64,000 nt of DNA from an uncultured virus (IMG/VR IMGVR_UViG_3300046328_001173). Lineage: Duplodnaviria > Heunggongvirae > Uroviricota > Caudoviricetes. Made by a program: the position numbers and the translations under genes. Location: IMG/VR virus record IMGVR_UViG_3300046328_001173; one strand, written 5' to 3'. Shown here piece by piece: positions 59,058 through 64,000 of this stretch (within the stretch, counting starts at the first letter, position 1; each line of letters starts with the position of its first letter). The notes under the pieces are model-generated. The model saw nothing but the letters and a program-made list of their open reading frames with translations. It did not search any database and was not told the origin of the DNA.

Positions 59058-59501
59058 ATGAAAACAACAGAAGAAAAATTTAAACAGTTGTTAAAAATAG
59101 CTGTTGATAATGGATTTGATTTAGACTTTTTACCTAGTCATTTTGATCTTTGGATAAATAATGTAGAATCTGCACACTTAAAGCCAAAAGTTTATCTTGA
59201 TTTAAATCACTTTTTAATTGTGTTTGGTACATTTTGCTATCCTATTAATAATTTGATTTTAAACACTAACTTCTTTGATTGTTTATTTTTAAACACTGGA
59301 TTTAGTGGAGTTCAAGACTCTATTCATTTGTCTGTAAATAATAAAGAGTATAAAACATATTGGATTGGTGAAGATATGTATGATACAACAGATGATGAAG
59401 AATCTGGACCACCTTCTATTGATTTTATGAGGTTTCAATGGATAGTAGAAATTAAAAAAGGGTCTCCTTTAGAATGGTTGTTTAAACAATTTGATTTATA
59501 A
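59058..59501 (+). CDS. Hypothetical protein, MKT.E.K family
   Basis: MKTTEEKF..LL.IA..NG ... LEWLF. Confidence 0.8.
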   Translation: MKTTEEKFKQLLKIAVDNGFDLDFLPSHFDLWINNVESAHLKPKVYLDLNHFLIVFGTFCYPINNLILNTNFFDCLFLNTGFSGVQDSIHLSVNNKEYKTYWIGEDMYDTTDDEESGPPSIDFMRFQWIVEIKKGSPLEWLFKQFDL

Positions 59502-60770
59502 AACTTTAAAATCTTTAACTCTTAAAACTATTATGCACAGAGTTCCAGAATTCAGAAGATTCTTAAATATTTACTACACTAGAACAAATAAACTTGTTTT
59601 TTGTAGTGTAATACACTCATTTTCTTTTTCTAAAGTAGAAAAAATCTATTCTAAATTGACTTGGAAAATTGATTATCTCAAAGATACTGTGAAAGCAACT
59701 AACCAAAATTTTACTTTTGAAGTTGTTAAGATAGAAGAATTTGATTATATGGATATTGAAGATTCTTGTAAAGACTTGAAGATTCCTTATACTGTAGAAT
59801 ACAATCTAGAAGCAGTAAAGAAATATTGGAATACTAGAAAAGGAAAAAAAGAATTTGTTGAGCAATTAAAAAATCCTTCTCAACAAGTATCTTTGTTCTT
59901 TGATGATAGTGATTACATTATTTCTTTTGATGGTAAATGGTTAAAGCAATTAATTGAAGAAGAATCTTGAACTATGTCAGATATATATGGATTTAGTGAA
60001 AATTTTTCTTATATTTTTGAATATAATCCTCACGATATTTTTTATGTATTTTAATCCTTTAAACACAATATAATATGATTTGGAAATTAAATATTCCATT
60101 AAAAGACAACAAATTAACTGAATATCACAAAAAAGAATTTAATAGGTATTCTGAATTACTATCTTACATTCAAGATATATTAACAGGTAAAATAATTGAT
60201 AATTTTCCTGTTCAAATAGAAGAATTTGTATTTAATGAAGAGTTTTATAATGTGTCAGAAGAAGAATATTTATTAAAATATTCAACAGAAGGTATTGATT
60301 ATTTTAATGATTATAAATTAAAACGAAATACAATATTTAATAACTTAATTGATAGTGTTTTCAACTCTTTTGTAACAAAATTAAAATGATAAGTTCTCTT
60401 GGTGATATTGAAGATATGCTAAATCAGGGTAAATATCCTGTTTTTCATCCTAAATTAGATCCAATAGACTGTACTTTATGTTGTCTTCCAACGAAAGAGT
60501 TTTTATTACAATGTACTCATTATATTATAATAGAAAGAATCTACTGTGATTGGGCTATTGTTAGATTTGCTACTCATTCTAGTTACAAAGGAAAAAATAT
60601 TCTTGTTGAAGTCGATCAATTTGTTCCAGAAGACTTAGATTTCTTTGTTAGAAAGAATGAAAAACTATTTAATTTCTATTCTCCAAAAGAGATGAATTTA
60701 ATGTTATTAGATACTTGTATGAGTTTTATATCTTATAAAGGATACTTTAAATATTTAAAATAAAAACTCA

Positions 60771-61806
60771 ATGAAAACACCAGAACAAATATCTCAATGG
60801 GGGGTTAAACAACTTCATTAACAAGTATCATTTAAGAACTAATACTAACAAAGAATTGATTTGTTTGTGTTATGACCAAATTGATACACCTAAAAATGAC
60901 ATTAGTAATGAGTGTCGTAGATTAGTTTTAAATAAAGAGACATTGGAAGTAGTTTCTTATCCTTTTTATAGGTTTAGTGATTATACCCCTAAACAACATA
61001 AACTAGACTTTGATAAAGGTTTATTTTATGAGAAAATAGCTGGTTCGTTGTGTACTTTGCATTTCTATGACAATAAATGGAATATTTCTACAAAAGATAC
61101 ACCAATGGGAGAAGATAAAGTGGAGAAAAATAATGAACAAACATTCTCTGAATATTTCTTTAAAGTGTTGAATAAAACAACAAATTTAAAAGCACTAAAT
61201 ACTAACTTCTTTTACATCACAGAGTTTAAATTCCCTAGTGGTACTCATCATTTGATACCTAATACTGATTCTTCTATTAATCTTATTGGGTTAAGAGATA
61301 AAAAAACACTAGAAGAATTGCCTCACAATATGTTGAATAATGATTTTAATGTATTACAAGGTTTAAAATTCAAAGAGGGTAAAGAATTGTTTGATTACAT
61401 TAACAATTTAGACCCAATAGTTTCAGAAGGTTTAGTTTATGTTAATAGAGATAAAGTAACTAATGGTAACTATCAAAGATTTAAGATTAAACCCCCTCAA
61501 TTTGAATTGATTTTTAGTTTAAAAACAGTCGTTCAGTCAGATATTACTAAAGAAAGAGAAAGAAAAAGATTGAATACTAAGTGGTTGAAAGAACTTTGTC
61601 AATATAATAAACACCGTACATTTTTAGAACTAAAAAAATATTCTTGTTTTAGAGAAGAAGTTGAAAATATTGATAAAAAAATTAAATTATTTGAAGATAC
61701 TTGTAATCAGTATTTTCATATAACAAATCCAAAAGAAACCTCTTTATTGAATGTTGAACAAGAAGTTAAAACTTGGTTGTTTTTACAGTTAAAACAAAAA
61801 ACTTAA
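60771..61806 (+). pseudogene. T4 Rnl1-like RNA ligase, frameshifted and motif-damaged
   Basis: ECR.LVL, EKIAGSL (motif I KxDG damaged), W.IST, EGLV, RFKIK; frameshift near 60815. Confidence 0.75.
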
Positions 61807-63291
61807 AATAAATTCTTAAATTTATAACAACTAAATTGTGGTTAATACACAGAGTAGAACAATGTTCTAGTGTACCTGTATTTGCATTTTTAAATGAAGA
61901 AGAGGCTTTAAATAAACTATATGATTTAAATAATATTAAAAAATCTAGTTTATATCAAGATATTGGTGAAAAAGCTTACTCTATTCTTGTAAAGTCTTAT
62001 CAATATATTTTACAAGAAGAACCTGTTTTAATTGAAGGTAAAGTCTTTCAATCGTTTCAAAATCTTTAATTTTAATTAATGAAGACTGCTGAATTAAACA
62101 ATTCTGAAAATACAAAAAAATATCTTGTTAGTAGAACTCTACAATTAGGTAATATTGTATTTAGAAGAGCTTTAGGGCATTATATAGCTCTATATAAAAG
62201 AGAAAATAGAAATTCTAGTAATTTTTATGGAGTTATATTATCTTCTGATGACTACTATAATTCTCAACAAGGTATTTTACTTAATAGTAAACTTACAAAA
62301 GAAAAGTCTTTAACTTATTTTACGGGGATTGTGTTAATTAAATCTTTTCCTGATAATAATTTTGTTTTTGGTCAATTGACTAACAAAGAATTAAAAACAA
62401 TTAAAGATTATGTAAAATTGTTTAAAACAAAAATATAATTTTATGCTTTATACTTCACTAAAACATATCAATAATTACTTTAAAAATCACTAAAAATGAA
62501 ACTATTTATTAGTAGTAAAACAGCTTATTGGGAAGTAAAAGAACCTTCTTTTAAAGATGTATTGTTCCCTAATGTTGGATTAAAATGTAGTTTACAAATA
62601 CCTCTAATTTTTAAAAGAGTAGAAAAAAATGAAATTATTTCTACATTTTTAATTGAAGGTGGTTGTAATTATTCTATTCCTGTTACAAATACTTAGTGTA
62701 AAATTGTAGATATTGTATTAGAGTGTGATAAAGAAGAATTATTTTTTTATACAACAGTTATATTAGAAGATATGAATATTCTTGTAATAAAAATAGATTC
62801 TTCTATTGTTGATTATTCAATTCTTAACTTCTATCAAGATTATAATGAAGAAGACTTACAATTAACTAAACAATTAAACAAGTCTTCTAACAGTATTTAT
62901 TATTTTAAATTAAATAAAGACAACAATTCATTACATTTAAGTGAATACAATTGGATATCAAATATTTTTTTACTTAAAGATTTTTATCTTCGTAATAATT
63001 TTAAAAAAGTATTTGTTACTAGATGTGTAAATAAAATTAAGGGTGTTCTTTGTCTATTAATGAGAAAATCAATCTATTTTATTGAAGATATTGTGTATTG
63101 ACGTACAATGCATACATCTCATAGTTCTAAATTATCAGATATTGATGTATTAGGTTCACATATTAATCTTTATGAAAAATTTAGTAAAAGTTTATTGACT
63201 AATAATGAATATTAAAAAGGTTTCATTTTAATTAAATAAATTATTTATAAATTTTTTAAATCTTAAACATTAGACTTTAAACACTAAAATT

Positions 63292-64000
63292 ATGACACAA
63301 AGTCCATTTAGTTATATTGATACATTCAAAAAAGAACACGTAAGACTAATTCTTGAAAAAAATCATTATCAAAGTAAAGATGAAAAGGGTGCTAACGTCT
63401 ATGAACATCTTAATTTTTATCTTATTATTACTTATTCACCTACACATAAAATAGGTGGAACTAATACTTCTATTGTACAAAGTAGCAATGGATATTTATT
63501 TTAATCTCGTAATTTATTATTAATTGAAGGTACAAATACACCTGACCAGAATGGATTTAAAAAATATCGACAACCTCTTCTTTTTATTTGACAAAGTTAG
63601 AAATGAGTATCATTGTAATATAAACGATGAAATTATCATTTATGGAAAATGGTGTGATTCAGGTATTAAAAACAATCATTCAATTTCACAAGTTAAAACT
63701 AAACAATGGGTTATATTTGCTATTAAAATCAATACTAAATATGTAGATAATTTTGTTGAGTTAGCTGACGAAAAAAATAGTGTCTATAATGTTCTTAAAT
63801 GGGGAACTTTTAAAGTAATTATTGATTATAATCAATTTAACTTTAATTGTTAGAAAGACTCTAATTCAAATTTACCAAAAGAGTTACAAGATTTAACTAA
63901 TGAACACACTTTAAAATGTCCTGTATCTAAATTTTTTGGTATTGATGATCTTGGAGAAGGTTTAGTTCTTAAATCTGATACTTATATTAGTCACAGAAGT
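63292..64000 (+). pseudogene. Rnl2-family RNA ligase, disrupted, runs off the window end
   Basis: KIGGTN, F*SRN (TAA 63502), IYGKWCDSGI, CPVSKFFG..D.GEGLV; frameshift and TAG 63851. Confidence 0.7.

Noticed and set aside
31394..63853. Stop-codon reassignment (code 4 or 15) as the explanation for in-frame stops
   Set aside because: All three stop types interrupt genes. TAG and TGA also end genes normally before terminators, and frameshifts and missense damage co-occur. No suppressor tRNA is evident.

Overview
Very AT-rich segment of a large, probably jumbo, dsDNA phage genome. It holds densely packed, mostly short ORFs almost all on the + strand, with intrinsic terminators and A-rich leaders lacking Shine-Dalgarno sites. 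TAnnTTTG promoter motifs point to a Bacteroidota host. No virion structural or core replication genes are recognisable, so this looks like an accessory/early region. Recognisable proteins are an AAA_25/RepA-like ATPase, two GIY-YIG, one HNH and one DUF2726-like nuclease, RepL-like wHTH proteins, an OmpA-domain protein, an amidoligase-like protein, DUF262, an ABC-type AAA ATPase, a radical SAM enzyme with a TNSSS-motif partner and a PemK/MazF-like protein. Disrupted copies of a CCA-adding enzyme, Rnl1, Rnl2 and Imm53 are also present. Three signals stand out. (1) A dispersed set of intergenic tRNA-like RNAs keeps the acceptor stem and T-arm but has lost or rebuilt the anticodon arm. (2) A pseudoknotted type I hammerhead ribozyme and many other structured intergenic elements are present. 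(3) From about 19 kb onward, G>A/C>T-type damage, nonsense codons and frameshifts are pervasive. All family calls come from motif recognition by eye, not from database searches.
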